DNA of 64,000 bases from Mobula birostris (GCF_030028105.1 NC_092388.1:32049684-32113683); one strand, 5' to 3'. Shown: positions 1 through 13,228, counted from the first letter of the stretch. Program-made: numbers and translations. The notes: generated by a model from the sequence alone, not told the origin.

Positions 1-490
1 GTCATAGGTGAAAAGGGAGTACAGAAGAGGGCTCAGCACACAGCCTTGAGGCGCGCTGGTGTTCAGGGTGAGAGTGGAGGAGGAGGGGTTGTCTAACTTA
101 ACTGATTGGGGTCTGTTAGTCAGAAAGTCCAAGGTCCAATTGCAGAGGGATGAGCTGATATCAAACTAGCGAAGTTTGGCGATTATCTTGGAGGGGATCA
201 CAGTATTGAATGCTGAACTGAAGTCAATGAACAGCATTCTGACGTAAGAGTTGGGGCTGTCCAGGTGGGTCAGGGCAGAGTGAAGTGCTGTGGACATGGT
301 GTCCTCTGTTGACCTGTTGGTGCGATAGGCAAATTGATGGGGGTCCAGGGTAGCGGGCAGACAGGATTTCAGGTGTGATAGAAGCAGTCTCTCAAAGCAC
401 TTTGCAACGATGGGGGTGAGTGCAACTGGGCGAAAGTCATTCAGGCCCATGGCAGTGGAATGCTTCGGCACTGGCACGATGGAGGCTATT
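1..490 (-). mobile_element. Rex1/Babar-type LINE reverse transcriptase fragment, interrupted by a stop and truncated by the window edge
   Basis: ORF 166..510 has [47 protein letters not shown]; the frame continues past the stop as ..[26 protein letters not shown]. Confidence 0.9.
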
Positions 491-790
491 GTGGCAGTAG
501 AGGAGGCCACAGACAGATATGTTGGAATGAGAATGGGAAGTAGAATTGAAATGGAAGCTACCGGAAGATCCCACTTTTTCTGATGGACAGAGAATAGATG
601 CCTGGCGATGCAGTCTCCTAATCTACATCAGCTATCACCGGGATACAGGAGGCCACCAGGAGCACCGATACAGTTGATGACCCCAACAGATGCACAGGCA
701 AAGAGTGGCCTTATCTGGAGAGACTGTCTGGGGCCTTGAATGGTAGTGATGGATGAGGTTTAGGGGCAGGTATGGCACTTGTTCTGCTTG
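491..790 (-). mobile_element. Penelope-like element GIY-YIG endonuclease remnant
   Basis: Minus strand reads degenerate ..[32 protein letters not shown], like the Penelope copies at 33024-33458 and 58047-58290. Confidence 0.65.
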
Positions 791-844
791 CAAGCACTGT
801 GTTTGTTGCTTGGATTTCCAGCACCAACAGGTTTTCTTGTGTCT

Positions 845-1218
845 GGTCATTCTTCTCTGACCTCTCATTAACAAGGCATTTTTGTGCACAGACCTGCCAC
901 TCACTAGATGTCTTTTGTTTCTTGTAACATTGTCTGTAGACACTTGTGCATGAAAGACCGAGGAGACCAGCAGTTTCTGAGATACTCAAACCACTTTGTC
1001 TGACGCTAACAATCATTCCATGGCCAAAATCACTTAGGTCACATTTCTTCACCATTCTGATGTTTGGTCTGACCAACAACTGACCATGTTTTTATGCATT
1101 GAGTTGCTGCCACATGATTGACTGATTAGATATCTGCATTAATGAGAAAGGTGCACAGGTGCACAGGTGTACAGGTGTACAGGTGTACAGGTGTACCAAA
1201 TAAAGTGACCACTGAGTA
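845..1218 (-). mobile_element. Tc1-like transposon, left end and transposase N-terminus (truncated)
   Basis: ORF 711..1079 MVKKCDLSDFGHGMIV..GLSISETAGLLG..KQKTSSE is a Tc1 paired-like domain; TIR-like CTCAGTGGTCACTTTATT next to TA; ACAGGTGT 8-mer expanded at ~1149-1197. Confidence 0.8.
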
Positions 1219-1914
1219 TATATGTTAGTTTCCTTTCCGGAAAGCCATTCCTACTTACCTCTGTTACTCTGAAGACCCAAGTGAAGCTTACAGAAATGCT
1301 ATCAAATTCAAACTCATTGCCTTCCCTACTCTTAAAAAAAACTCTGCCACATTATTAGTAGACATTTTGAGGATCACTAAAATATTGCAAGTAAGACAGA
1401 CTTTATCAGCCAAATTGGGTGGGGGTTGGGGGGTGGCTTGATTTTAGATGAACATGACTCTGCCTTCACATTTAAAAGGACCTTTAGTCACACCATCAGC
1501 CTGAGAAAAACAAACTGCAGGCATACATAAAGGCCACTCATGCTCTTCCAGACAATACTCCAACCACTCCCTGCCTTGCACTATGTCTGTAGATGGAAGC
1601 TGTTCTTCAGCAGCTCGTGCGTGGACCCTGCCCTCATCCCACCCATGGAGAGGTCTACCACCCACTCTTCATCATTATAATATGCATTCAGTTCTGACCA
1701 ACACTCTCAAGAGGTGGTCGTATTGCTATGTGCTCCAAAGTGGGCTATTACTGACATTTATTCCTTATACAATGCAATCCATATCAACTTCAGTTAATCC
1801 TCTTAAATTTGATTTACCAGTTGAATTTCTCTGCAGCATAGTTTCCATAAAACTCCCCAGAGCAAGGCAGGGTGCATCCGTCTCTATTAGGTTTGACTCT
1901 ATCCTTTACCAATT

Positions 1915-2250
1915 CTATTAAGGTCTATTAAAACATAAACTTCACACCATCTTAAAAGTTTCTTCTACCAAGCAGTTAATCTGATCAACCATCCTAATTA
2001 GCTACTGCCAATCCAAATCTATCAATTACTCCAATCACTGCACTTAAATGCATTATTAATACATGCTGGTATTTACGTATTTATGCACATTTTATTCCGC
2101 ATCCATACTTTAACCTCTAATTTTTTAATAACATTTTATTTTTATAATTGGTGAATGTTGTTTGCTCTTGTATGTTGCACCAACACACCACAGCAAATTC
2201 CTAATACATGTAAATGTATCTGGTAACTGAAGTTGATATTAATCCTTGGT
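1915..2250 (+). mobile_element. Rex/Babar LINE 3' end remnant
   Basis: Degenerate C-terminal peptide RSIKT..LKSFFYQAVNLIN followed by an AT-rich 3' UTR resembling other Rex tails in the window. Confidence 0.5.
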
Positions 2251-2616
2251 ATCTTCAGGGACCACTCCCAAAGAAGATCAAGAATGTGGACAGAGCCTTT
2301 GTTTTATATCACACTGCTTTTTCTTTTGACAATACATCACAGCTGGTCTGAATAACTTTGAAAATTAGAGCATTTTATGTCCATCTTTAATTCATTTACT
2401 GTGAACATTAATTTCTCTTTCATTGTGACCTCACACTAAGTGGATTGAAGTGAAAAAGCAGAAGAGGTATTTTCAGCTCCTACTGTTTCATTTTTCTGGG
2501 GCTTGCTTAGTCGAGTAGACTAAATATCTGCAACTGGCAGAGTTTCATTACATCATAGCAACTGAACAAAGCTGGCACGTCTACCATCATATTCTTTTTA
2601 AAGAATTCCTACTAGC

Positions 2617-5600
2617 ATGTTGAATCGTAGGGGGACCAATATCTTGGCGAGGAGATTTGTGAGGGCTACTGAGGTGACTTTAAACTAGAATGGTTGGGGG
2701 GAGGGAATCAAATTAAGGAGACTAGGAGAGGGGAGGTTGATGTAGGGGAAAAGGAAAAAAAATAACAAAGTTGTTTGCTCCATTAGGGATAAACAGAGAG
2801 TGGGAGGTGGAGAGTTTCTTAAACGCATCTATTTTAATGCTAGGGGCATTGTAAGAAAGGTGGATGAGTTTAGAGCATGGATTGATACCTGGAAATATGA
2901 TGTTGTAGCTATTAGTGAAACGTGGTTGCAGGAGGGGTGTGATTGGCAACTAAATATTCCAGGATTTCATTGCTTCAGGTGTGATAGAATAGGAGGGGCA
3001 AGAGGTGGAGGTGTTCCATTGCTTGTCAGAGAATATATAGCAGCGGTGCTCTGGCAGGATAGATTAGTGGACTCGTCTAGCGAGGCTATTTGGGTGGAAT
3101 CGAGGAATAGGAAAGGTGTTGTGAAGCTTATAGGGGTGTATTATAGACCACCTAATGGGGACCGAGAACTGGAAGAGCAAATTTGTAAGGAGATAGCAGA
3201 TATCTGTAGTAAGCACAAGGTTGTGATTGTGGGAGATTTTAATTTTCCAAACATAGAATGGAAAGCCCATTGTGTAAAAGGGCTGGATGGTTTGGAGTTT
3301 GTCAAATGTGTGCAAGATAGTTTTTTGGAGCAATGTATAGAGGTACCAACTAGAGAAGGGGCAGTGTTGGATCTCCTGTTAGGGAATGAGACAAGGCAGG
3401 TGACGTAGGTATGTGTTGGGGAGCACTTTGGGTCAAGTGATCACAATACCGTTAGCTTCAGTGTAATTATGGAGAAGGATGGGACTGGTCCTAGGATTGA
3501 GATTTTTGATTGGTGGAAGGCTAACTGTGAGGAGATGCGAAAGGATTTAGAAGGAGTGGATTGGGACAATTTGTTTTATGGGAAGGATGTAATAGAGAAA
3601 TGGAGGTCATTTAAAGGTGAAATTTTGAGGATTCAGAATCTTTATGTTCCTGTTAGGTTGAAAGGAAAGGTTAAAAGTTTGAGAGAGCCATGGTTTTCAA
3701 GGGATATTGGAAACTTGGTTCAGAAAAAGAGAAGGATCTTCAATAAACATATGCAGCTTGGAGTTAATGAGGTACTCAAGGAATATAAAGAATGTAAAAA
3801 GAATCTCAAGAAAGAAATTAGAAAAGCTAAAAGAAGATACGAGGCTGCTTTGGCAAGTAAGGTGAAAATAAATCCAAAGGGTTTCTACAGTTATGTTAGT
3901 GGTAAAAGGATAGTGAGGGATAAAATTGGTCCCCTGGAGAATCAATGTGAACGGCTATGTGCGGAGCCAAAAGAGATGGAGAAGATTTTGAACCATTTTT
4001 TTCCTTCGGTATTCACTAAGGAGAAGGATATTGAATTGTGTAAGGTAAGGGAAACAAGAAGGGTAGTTATGGAAAGTATGACAATTAAAGAAGAGGAAGT
4101 ACTGGCACTTTTAAGGAATATAAAAGTGGATAAGTCTCCGGGTCCGGACAAGATATTCCACAGGACCTTGAGGGAAGTTAGTGTAGAAATAGCAGGGGCT
4201 CTGACAGAAATATTTCAAGTGTCATTAGAAACTGGGATGGTGCCGGAGGATTGGCATATTGCTCATGTGGTTCCATTGTTTAAAAAGGGCTCTAAGAGTA
4301 AACCTGGCAATTATTTGCCTGTGAGTTCGAGGTCAGTGGTGGGTAAGTTGATGGAAAGTATTCTTAGAGATGGTATATATAATTTTCTGGATGGACAGGG
4401 GGAACAGTCAACATGGATTAGTGCGTGGAAGGTCATGTTTGATAAACCTTATTGAATTTTTTGATGAGGTTACTAAGAAAGTTGACAAGGGTAAAGTGGT
4501 TGATGTTGTCTATATGGACTTCAGTAAGGCCTTTGACAAGGTTCCATGCGGAAGGTTAGTGAGGAAGGTTCAATCGTTAGGCATTAATATGGAAGTAGTA
4601 AAATGGACTCAGCAGTGGTTAGATGGGAGACACCAGAGAGTAGTGGTGGATAACTGTGTGTCAGATTGGAGGACGGTGTGTAGTGGTGTGCCTCAGGGAT
4701 CTGTACTGGGTCCAATGTTGTTTGTCATATATATTAATGATCTGGATGATGTGGTGGTAAATTGGATTAGTAAGTATGCAGATGATACTAAGATAGGTGG
4801 CATTGTGGATGATGAGGTAGGTTTTCAAAGCTTGCAGAGAGATTTAAGACAGTTAGAAGAGAGGGCTGAAACTTGGCAGATGGAGTTTAATGCTACATTT
4901 TGGTTGGACTAATCAAAATAAGACATACGTGGTAAATGGTAGGGCATTGAAGAATGCTGTAGAACAGAGGGATCTAGGAATAATGGTGCGTAGTTCCCTG
5001 AAGGTGGAATCTCATGTGGATAGGGTGGTGAAGAAAGCTTTTGGTATGCTGGCCTTTATTAATCAGAGCATTGAGTATAGGAGTTGGGATGTAATGTTGA
5101 AATTGTATAAGGCATTGGTAAGGCCAAATTTGGAGTATTGTGTACAGTTCTGGTCACCGAATTATAGGAAAGATGTCAGTAATATTGAGAGAGTACAGAG
5201 GAGGTTTACTAAAACGTTGCCTGGGTTTCATCTCCTTAGGTCTTTATTCTTTGGAGTGTAGAAGGTTGAGGGGGGACTTGATAGAGGTGTTTAAAATTAT
5301 GAAGGGGATTGATAGAGTTGACGTGGATAGGCTTTTTCAATTGAGTGTGGGGAAGATTCAAACAAGAGGACATGAGTTGAGAGTTAAAGGACAAAAGTTT
5401 AGGGGTAACATGAGGGGGAACTTCTTTACTCAGAGAGTGGTAGCTGTATAGAATGGGCTTCCAGCAGAAGTGGTTGAGGCAGGTTCAATGTTGTCATTTA
5501 AAGTTAAATTGGATAGATATATGGACAGGAAAGGAATAGAGGGTTATGGGCTTAGTGCAGGTTGGTGGGACTAGGTGAGAGTAAGAGTTCGGCACGGACT

Positions 5601-5652
5601 AGAAGGGCCGAGATGGCCTGTTTCCGTGCTGTAATTGTTATATGGTTATATA
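2617..5652 (+). mobile_element. CR1 LINE with near-complete ORF2 (APE endonuclease + RT) and the tail of ORF1; inactivated by stops and frameshifts
   Basis: ORF1 end LNRRGTNILARRF..TLN* (SGNH esterase C-terminus); ORFs 2800-5451 with [48 protein letters not shown]; 3' UTR ends GTTATATGGTTATA. Confidence 0.95.
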
Positions 5653-6414
5653 TTGAAACCGGAACTTGTATCTGGGCCTTCAGATCAGAAGCTCTAAGAG
5701 ATATGCAAGGTTAGAGTGAAGAATGTCGTACTGAAGAAATAACCAGCAATCAGGGTTAATGGTCCTGACAAGTGAATTCAAATCAAAGCATGTTGGTTGC
5801 AAAGCTACAATTACTCAGTCAATTTTTGGAATGGTAATGGCGAAACTATGAATCCACCAGCTTTGCCATCAAATGTCCACTCACCTCATCAACCTCCCTC
5901 ACAGAGAAGGTCTGCTGTGGGTTTATTCTTTTCTTTTTTTATGAAATATCACCTGTTTGCCCGTATGTTTTCCCCAAAGAAAGAGGGAGAGAACTACTCC
6001 ACCTCCCATATGTGAGTTTTTCCCTATTTACTCAAACAAATATTTGGCAAGCAATGTCACCATTTCTGCCACCATTGCAAACTTTATTCACGAGCCACTG
6101 ACTCATTGCCCTTCCTGGAAAAACAGAAGTGTTAATCCTTACATCAGCACATTGGCTACCAAAATTCCCATCCACATTTCTGTTTGCATCAAAGTGGGTG
6201 ATTTCAGCACACTTCTGAGTAGATTTCCTCTTCCTTGTCTTCAGACTCCTAATTGCACCATTCCTTCTGCACATCAGTCATTATTAATGACCTACTTTAA
6301 CTCCTCATTGTGCACTGCCTTAATTTTAAAATGTTCATCTTTTGTTTTCAAATTCCAGCACAGCATTTTCTCCCAATATCTCTATAATTTCATCCAACAA
6401 TACAACTTTATAAA

Positions 6415-6600
6415 ACCATAAGACCACAAGACATAAGAGCAGAATTGGGCCATTTGGCTCATCATGTCTGCTCTGCCATTCCATCATGGCCAATTTATTA
6501 TCCCTCTCAACCCCATTCTCCTAGCTTCTCCCCATAACCTCTGATATCTTGTCTAATCAAGAACCTATCAACCTCCACTTTAAATATACCCAATGACATT
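6415..6600 (-). mobile_element. CR1 LINE 3' end fragment
   Basis: ACCATAAGACCACAAGACATAAG tail and 3' UTR match the CR1 ends at 29881 and 47891. Confidence 0.75.
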
Positions 6601-6847
6601 CTCCCAGTTCATCACTTGCTTGTTCAATCTCTCTATAATTGACAGCTACTGTATATATTCAGCTGCTGAGGTCATAAATCCTGGAATTCAATTAAGCCTC
6701 TATCCTTTCCTTTAAAACACCCTTAAAGTGTTACCAAAACTTTTGGTCATGCAACTCAATATTTCCTTATGTAATGGTGCCTAGTAATTGATGACACTTT
6801 TCGGAATATTTTTCCTAAATAAAAGTTACTGCTTAAATGGGTACAAT

Positions 6848-7645
6848 TCCAGTAAGATGGCAGCGCGCTCAAACACAGCAGCCTCTCAGGTGCCAACCAA
6901 AGGTGCTCTTTTCTTTTTTAAGTGTGTTTTTTATGATTGTAAGACTACACTGGACGTCAAGAACTATGGGTACAGCAGGTCTACTGCATCAGTGAGATGC
7001 TCGTTGTTTGGAGCAGCCAGTCGAAGGAGCCAGTGAAAGGGTTTCAGAAGGAGAAAGGGGCAGAGGGGTCAGAAAGGAGAAGCAGGTGGGTGGATTGGAG
7101 AAGAAGAGGCTGCCTAGCGGACCGAAGGCGGAGCAGACCTGGGTACAGACTATGTTGCTACCTGCTACTCAAGGTCACCGGAGCTGGTGTGCGAAGGCGG
7201 TGTACAGTGGAACCGTGTGTGACACTTGGACAGTTTTCTTGCAATTGCAAAACCATGTTGGACATTGACTGCGACAGGCCCGTTTCCCTTGTTTGCTGGT
7301 GAGATAGATAGCAATGCAGCAGCGTAGCCTCGGCTGTAGTGAAGACCAGGCCTCAAACCACAGTCTGCCTGCTGCTATAATCCAGGTGAGGAGACACTGC
7401 CCTTCCGTCTCTCCCATCGGTGCTGCCCTCTAGTGTTCAACCGGTGGAATGACAGACTGGATTGCCAGGAAGCAGCAATTTGAGAACTTTGACTAAAAGT
7501 GTGTTTTCTTATGTGACTATGCTTGTTTTTCTTCTTTCTCACCATTTTGAATGTTTGTGTACATGTTTGACCCTTGGCCCCAGAGGAACACTGTATCCAT
7601 GTATGGTTTGAATGATAATTGAATTTGATTTGATTTTTTGATTTG
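6848..7645 (+). mobile_element. Non-coding retroposed element (AAGATGGC head, TTTGA tandem tail)
   Basis: AAGATGGC at 6854; tail GATAATTTGAATTTGATTTGA..; flanked by ACAAT direct repeats at 6843-6847 and 7646-7650; no recognisable protein. Confidence 0.6.
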
Positions 7646-7999
7646 ACAATGATTGTTGGACTGGTTGTTTATTTAACAAGTGTTGCAAGCTATGCCATAC
7701 CCTCTTTGAATTTGTTAATCAATAATTTTTATATTCAATGATAGGCATCATCCTGGGAACTAGAAGATGGTCTCTAACGTTACCAGTTTATGGTGGTTCA
7801 AGTCCAAGAATGAAATTTTCCAACCATCATCATTCCCTTTCTTGTCATCAGACTTCAACAGATAGCATTTAATCATACCCATGTTTCAGGAGCTCAAACC
7901 GCTCAACTTTCTGTTAATATTTCAGTGCCAAATTTGTTCTACCCATTGAGATTTTCAGCATTCAGCATTTTCAGTATTCAGAAAAATCATAGCTGATCT

Positions 8000-8273
8000 T
8001 AAACACAAAATACTCTGCAGCTGCTGGGGTTAAAGCAACACTCACAATACGCTGGAGGAACTCAGCAGGTCGGGCAGCATCCGTGGAAACAATCAGTCAA
8101 CATTTCGGGCCAGAGCCCTTTGTCAGGACTGAAGAGGGAAGGGGCAGAGGCCCTTCCATCTTCCCTCTGCCCCTTCCCTCTTCAGTCTTGATGAAGTGTT
8201 CCGGCCCTAAACGTTGACTGATCGTTTCCACGGATGCTGCCTGACCTGCTGAGTTCCTCCAGCGTGTTGTGAG
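8000..8273. mobile_element. Penelope-derived inverted terminal-repeat mini-element with two decayed hammerhead motifs
   Basis: ~110-bp inverted arms (8040-8150 / 8163-8273); 13-bp direct repeat TCATAGCTGATCT at 7987-7999 and 8274-8286; hammerhead-like cores at 8094-8131 (-) and 8183-8220 (+). Confidence 0.8.
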
Positions 8274-9419
8274 TCATAGCTGATCTAATTCCACATCCTA
8301 TCTAAGTCCATAACTTCGAATATCTATGTTACGTCAGCTCTATAAATGCATCAGATGTAGTGGCTTACACTATTTCCAAGAGCTTGAAGGTTCCTGTCAC
8401 AGGCTGAACTTTCCTGTTATTAATATATTGTTATAAAGCAGGCATCCTATCCAAATCCCCATGTTGCTGGATCACACCATAGTTACACAAAAGTTATATT
8501 TTTTTTGTTGAACAAAGATTTATCAATTCCAGTCTTAAAGTTTCGATGAACCCATTCAAACTCTAGATCTTTTTTTGGAGGAGTTTCAGCCTTTGTCTGA
8601 AGGAGTTTCACAATCTCTTTACTTTCCTTACATCAGCTCAAGTTTTCTCCAGATTTCCTCACCAAAGAAAAAAAATTCTGTCCCCCCATCAGATATGTTA
8701 ACCATTTCCAATACCTCAGTGAGATCATCCTTTATTCTTCAATATGAAATGTTTATAACCCTAGTCTATACAATATGATCTCACAATGTAAACTGAAGTA
8801 ATTCTGGAAACAAACTCCTCTACGGTTATAATCCTGTTTCTCATATGCAGTGCTACCATGGGTGTGGAACCTCTGTAAAATTAACATAGTTTCTATTCCT
8901 GAGCATCCCACCTTCTTGAGCAAAAGAATATTCCATTTAAAATTCTTTTTTATAATTGTCCAACATTAGCTTTGTCCAATCTCTATATAAATCACTCTAT
9001 TCATCCTAGCTTCTCATTATTAACAATATAGGATTAAGTTAATCTTATTTAGCTTCCATGACAAAAACCTCATATTCAATCTATTCAACCTTCTGCAGTT
9101 CTTCACATTGACCCAAACTAGATATTGTAACTTTATGCTCCTGTCCATTATGTTAACTCTACTAATTCAATTCATATTATCAGTAGAATTAGGTAAGCAT
9201 CCATCTATATCTTCGTCAAATTAATTTATATATGGTGCATATAAATATAAAGGTACCTTTAAGAAGTGAATGTACTGTATGTGATCTTGATGCATTGTTG
9301 TACCAGACTAGAGTTTACTTCATAATGGCTTCATTGAAGGATATTTTATTTGATCATGAAAGCAGCATGGAAAAAATGGCAATAGACACAATATTGGAAT
9401 CTAATTTCTGACTTGCAAC

Positions 9420-9735
9420 AACACAGAAGCCCATTTGACCCAACAGATCTATTCCACCATCCATCAAGCTAAATCTCATGAGACCTATTTCCCTTGTCCT
9501 TATGTTCTATCATCCTGTAACTTTTTCTATCACATTTGGCCATCAATTCCATTTGCCACTTACCTGCACAGAAGCCATTAACCTACCGACATGATTTTGG
9601 GATGTGGAAGGGAACAAGAAAATGTAACAGAAATCCACATTGTCACAGGAAAAGAAGGGCTGAAGGTGTGGAGTCAACTCTGTCCCTGGAGACGGAGACA
9701 GCATGGCCAGTTATAGAGTCGCTGTGTCATCCTGC
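9420..9735 (-). mobile_element. Degenerate HE1/V-SINE-like element
   Basis: TTTTGGGATGTGGAAGGGAAC..AGAAATCCACATTGTCACAGGA resembles the V-domain of elasmobranch HE1 SINEs (recalled consensus, eye match). Confidence 0.45.
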
Positions 9736-10780
9736 GTTTGGGATATCCCTGCCTGGAGGACTACTGGGACAGCTCCAACTTTTCAAATTTCCAGGCTCCT
9801 GCTTCTAAACCATATGTTCATATATTTCTGATTCAGTGCAAGGAGAACAAACATTGAGACTCTGTCTGTAGAACGGGCGGTGGTCATGATAAATTTATCG
9901 ATGTCCAAAAGAAACAGACTCTATCCTGTAGATGGAAAATTTTACAGAAAGTAATGGATAATACTGAGATTTTAGGATAAAAAGCAAAATACAGAAACTC
10001 AATGATACATTATTAAGGAAGTCAATACCGTTATCTTGGTTGGCTGGAGGCATATGAAGCATTAATGCAATAATCTTCACAAGATCACATATAAGACCAT
10101 AATGAAAATTGCAAAGGAACATTTAATTCTTGCATCATTAGCGAACTTTGAAAGCTGGGAATTTGGTATGTGTAACCAATGACCAGAGGAATCGTTTCTG
10201 AATGCAATGTCACGCTTCATCAACAATTTCTTTCCTCTCATAGGTGCTGGTTGACCGATTGAGCCCCTCCATAATATTGTTGGTACTCCAGATTCCAGTA
10301 TCTGCAGTCTCTTGGTTTACCATCTGGAGTGAGCCACCTCTGAAGATCTTTCAATCTGCATTGATTAAAATGCTGCAAGTGATCTTCCTGTCTCTCTGCA
10401 ATCCAAACAAAACACTTTATTGCCACAGGAACTGACCAAGAAGTCTCAAAAGTTTTGGTGAACTACTCAATTGACTACATGGACACAATATCTGACTCAA
10501 ATTGAACAAGTGTGCAATTATGCAGTTCAAAGTTATCCAAGTGGGATTCAGAATCTTAAAGAGTGATCAGAGACTTACTAGGAAAAAGCAATGTCTGTAC
10601 CGGACTCATGAGACACCAAGTATTGGTACAGATCTTCACTCCTTCCTTGAGATGTGTCAGCATCACTCAAAGTTTTTGCGGAGTTTGTGATGCATATTCA
10701 CTTCTTGACCAATAGGCCCCTTTTTCTTTCTTGGGTGTTTGCTATTCTTGATTTCTAAACGCAGCACCTGCCACTTGTGA

Positions 10781-10930
10781 GATGCTCTTGAGACAGGGCT
10801 GGTAAATCTGAGACAGATCTGGGGAATTTGAGACAGGGCTGATAAACTCAAAACAGATCTGATGCTCTCAAGACAAGGCTGGTAATTTGAGACCGATCTG
10901 ATCCTCTCAAGACAGGGCTGGAAAACTGAG
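10781..10930. repeat. Minisatellite, ~4 copies of a ~39-41 bp unit
   Basis: Unit GATGCTCTyrAGACAGGGCTGGTAAAyyTGAGACmGATCT repeated with variation. Confidence 0.8.
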
Positions 10931-12433
10931 GAACATTGCATGTAACTTGGGAACCTGGAATAGTCCTCTGGAACATGGAATAGTCATTGAAAATCTGGGG
11001 GAAATGGGAGACCTAAGACACCATAAAGATCTTGAACGTAGACCAGAGAAGCTCAAAATATAGACTTGAGAAACTCAGAAGGTAGCTTTGGGAAACTTGG
11101 AACACTCAAAAGAACTGTTGTGAGTTCACCGAGTTTCCAAAGTCAACAATTAGTTCCTTGGCCTACTGATGCTGAGTGCAACACCAACCACCCAACCTGC
11201 CGTCTTCCTAACTCCTGTGCACCTCCTCATCAGCACAGGCTTTACAGGCTTTCTCTCTCCCACCTTCTATCTCTCTCACTACTCTCTCTCTCTCCATCTC
11301 TTTCTCTCCCACTCTCTCCCTCTCTCTCACTCCATCTCCCTCTCCCCCTCTCTCCCCATCTCTCTCTCTACCCTCTCTCTCTCCATCTCTCTCTCTACTC
11401 TCTCTCCCACTCTCTCTCTCTACCTTCCTCTCTCCCTCTCTCTCACTGCATCTCCCTCTCCCCCTCTCTCCCCATCTCTCTCTCTACTCTCCATCTCTCT
11501 CTCTCCCACTCTCTCTCTCTACCTCCATCTCTCCCTCTCTCTCACCATCTCCCTCTCCCCCTCTCTCCCCATCTCTCTCTCTACCCTCTCTCTCTCCACC
11601 TCTCTCTCTCTCTACTCTCTCTCCCACTCTCTCTCTCTACCTTCCTCTCTCCCTCTCTCACACCCTCTCACTCTCCCTCTCTATCTCTCCTTTTCTCTCT
11701 TTCCCTTTCCCTCTCGCTCTCTCACTCTCACTCTCGCATTCCCTCTCTCCTCTCTCTCTATCTCTGTCCCCTCACTCTCTCTCTTTCCCACTCTCTCTCT
11801 CACCTCTCTCCCCTCTCTCTCATTCCATCTCCCTCTCCCCCTCTCTTCACCCATTTCCCTCTAAAACCCTCTCTCTCACCCACTTTCTCTCTCTCTCCCT
11901 CTCTCTCTACCTCCCTCTTTCCCTCTATCTCTGTCCCTCGCTCACTCTCCCTCCCTCTCTTGCCCTTTTACTCTCTCTCTCCCTCTCTCTAGCACTATCT
12001 TTCCCTCCCTCTCGCACTCTCTCCTTCTTTCTCTCCCTCTCTCCCCTCTCTCTATCTCTCTCTTCATTCCTCTCTCCCTCCCACCCTCTCTATCCCCTCT
12101 CTCCCTCCCCCTCTCTCTTCCCCTCTCTCCCGCTCCCTTTTAGCCCTCCCTCACCCTCCTTCTCTCCCTCCCACTCTCTCTCACTCTCTCTCCCTCTCAT
12201 TCTCCCTTTCATTCTTTGCTCTCTCCCTCTCTCTTGCTCTCTCTCTCTCCCCCTACCTCTCTCTTCCTATCTCCTCTCTCCTACCCCCCTCTCCCCCTCT
12301 GTCTCCTTCCCACTCTCTGCCTCTCTCTCTGCCTCTCCCTCTCCCTCTTGTCTCTCTCTCTCTCTCTATACTTCTCTGCCCCCTCACCCTATCTCTCTCC
12401 CACCCTCTCTCCCTCCCTTTCTCTCTCAGTCTC

Positions 12434-12663
12434 TGTGGTAAACCATGTATATAGGTTGTAACTGGGTTACCTGTCTGGACACGCCCCTCTGCTGACTGCC
12501 CCTGTGGCTCCTCCCACAGACCCCTGAATAAAGGCGATTGTGTCACTGCTCCCCCTCAGTCCAGGACAGACATACAGCATGGACATGGATCCATTTACTG
12601 TTAATAAAAGCCTTTCAGTATTTACTCTACTTCCAGTCTTTTGGAGTAATTGATAGTGCATCA
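12434..12663 (+). mobile_element. Solo LTR (Gypsy-like), 230 bp, inserted in the CT tract
   Basis: Complex island bounded by TG..CA (TGTGGTAAACC..GATAGTGCATCA), two AATAAA motifs, flanks GTCTC / CTCTC (4/5 match). Confidence 0.7.
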
Positions 12664-13228
12664 CTCTCTTTCTCCCTGTCTACCCCTCTCTCTCATCCCT
12701 TTCTCCCTCTATCTCCCCTACCTTTCTCTCCCCTCTCTCTCTCTCCCTCTCTCTCCTTCCCTCTCCCTCTCTCTCACCCTCTCTCCCTCAATCTCTATAT
12801 CTATCTCCTCTCTCTCTCCCACACTCTCCTCCTTTCTCCTCTCTCCTTCTCTCCCTCCCACTCTCTCTCATTCTCTCTCTCCTCTCCTTCCCCTCTCTCT
12901 CCCCTTCTCTATCTCACTCGCCCTCTCTCTCTTCCCCTTGTCCCCTCTATCTCTCTTTCTCTACCCTCTCTCTCTCTGTCTTGCTCCCTTTCTCTCTCCC
13001 ATCCTTCTCTCCCTCTCTCTCCCTCTCTCTCTCCCCTCTCTCTCTCTCACTCTCTATCTCTCTCCACTTCTCTCCCTCTCTCCCTCCCCCTCTCTCCCTC
13101 TCTCATTCTCTCTCTCCTCTCCTACCCCCTTTCTCTCCTGTCTCCCTCCCTCTCTCTCTCTCCCACTCTCTCTCTGCCTCTTACCCATCTCTCTTACTCT
13201 TCCCCCTCGCTCGGCCCCTTTCTCTCTC

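Noticed and set aside
8094-8220. Currently active hammerhead ribozymes at this locus
   Set aside because: Every copy in the window has at least one substitution in CUGANGA or GAAA, so they are reported only as relics.
10781-10930. Repeat array that superficially resembles a CRISPR array
   Set aside because: Units are contiguous without unique spacers, the context is eukaryotic, and there are no cas genes.
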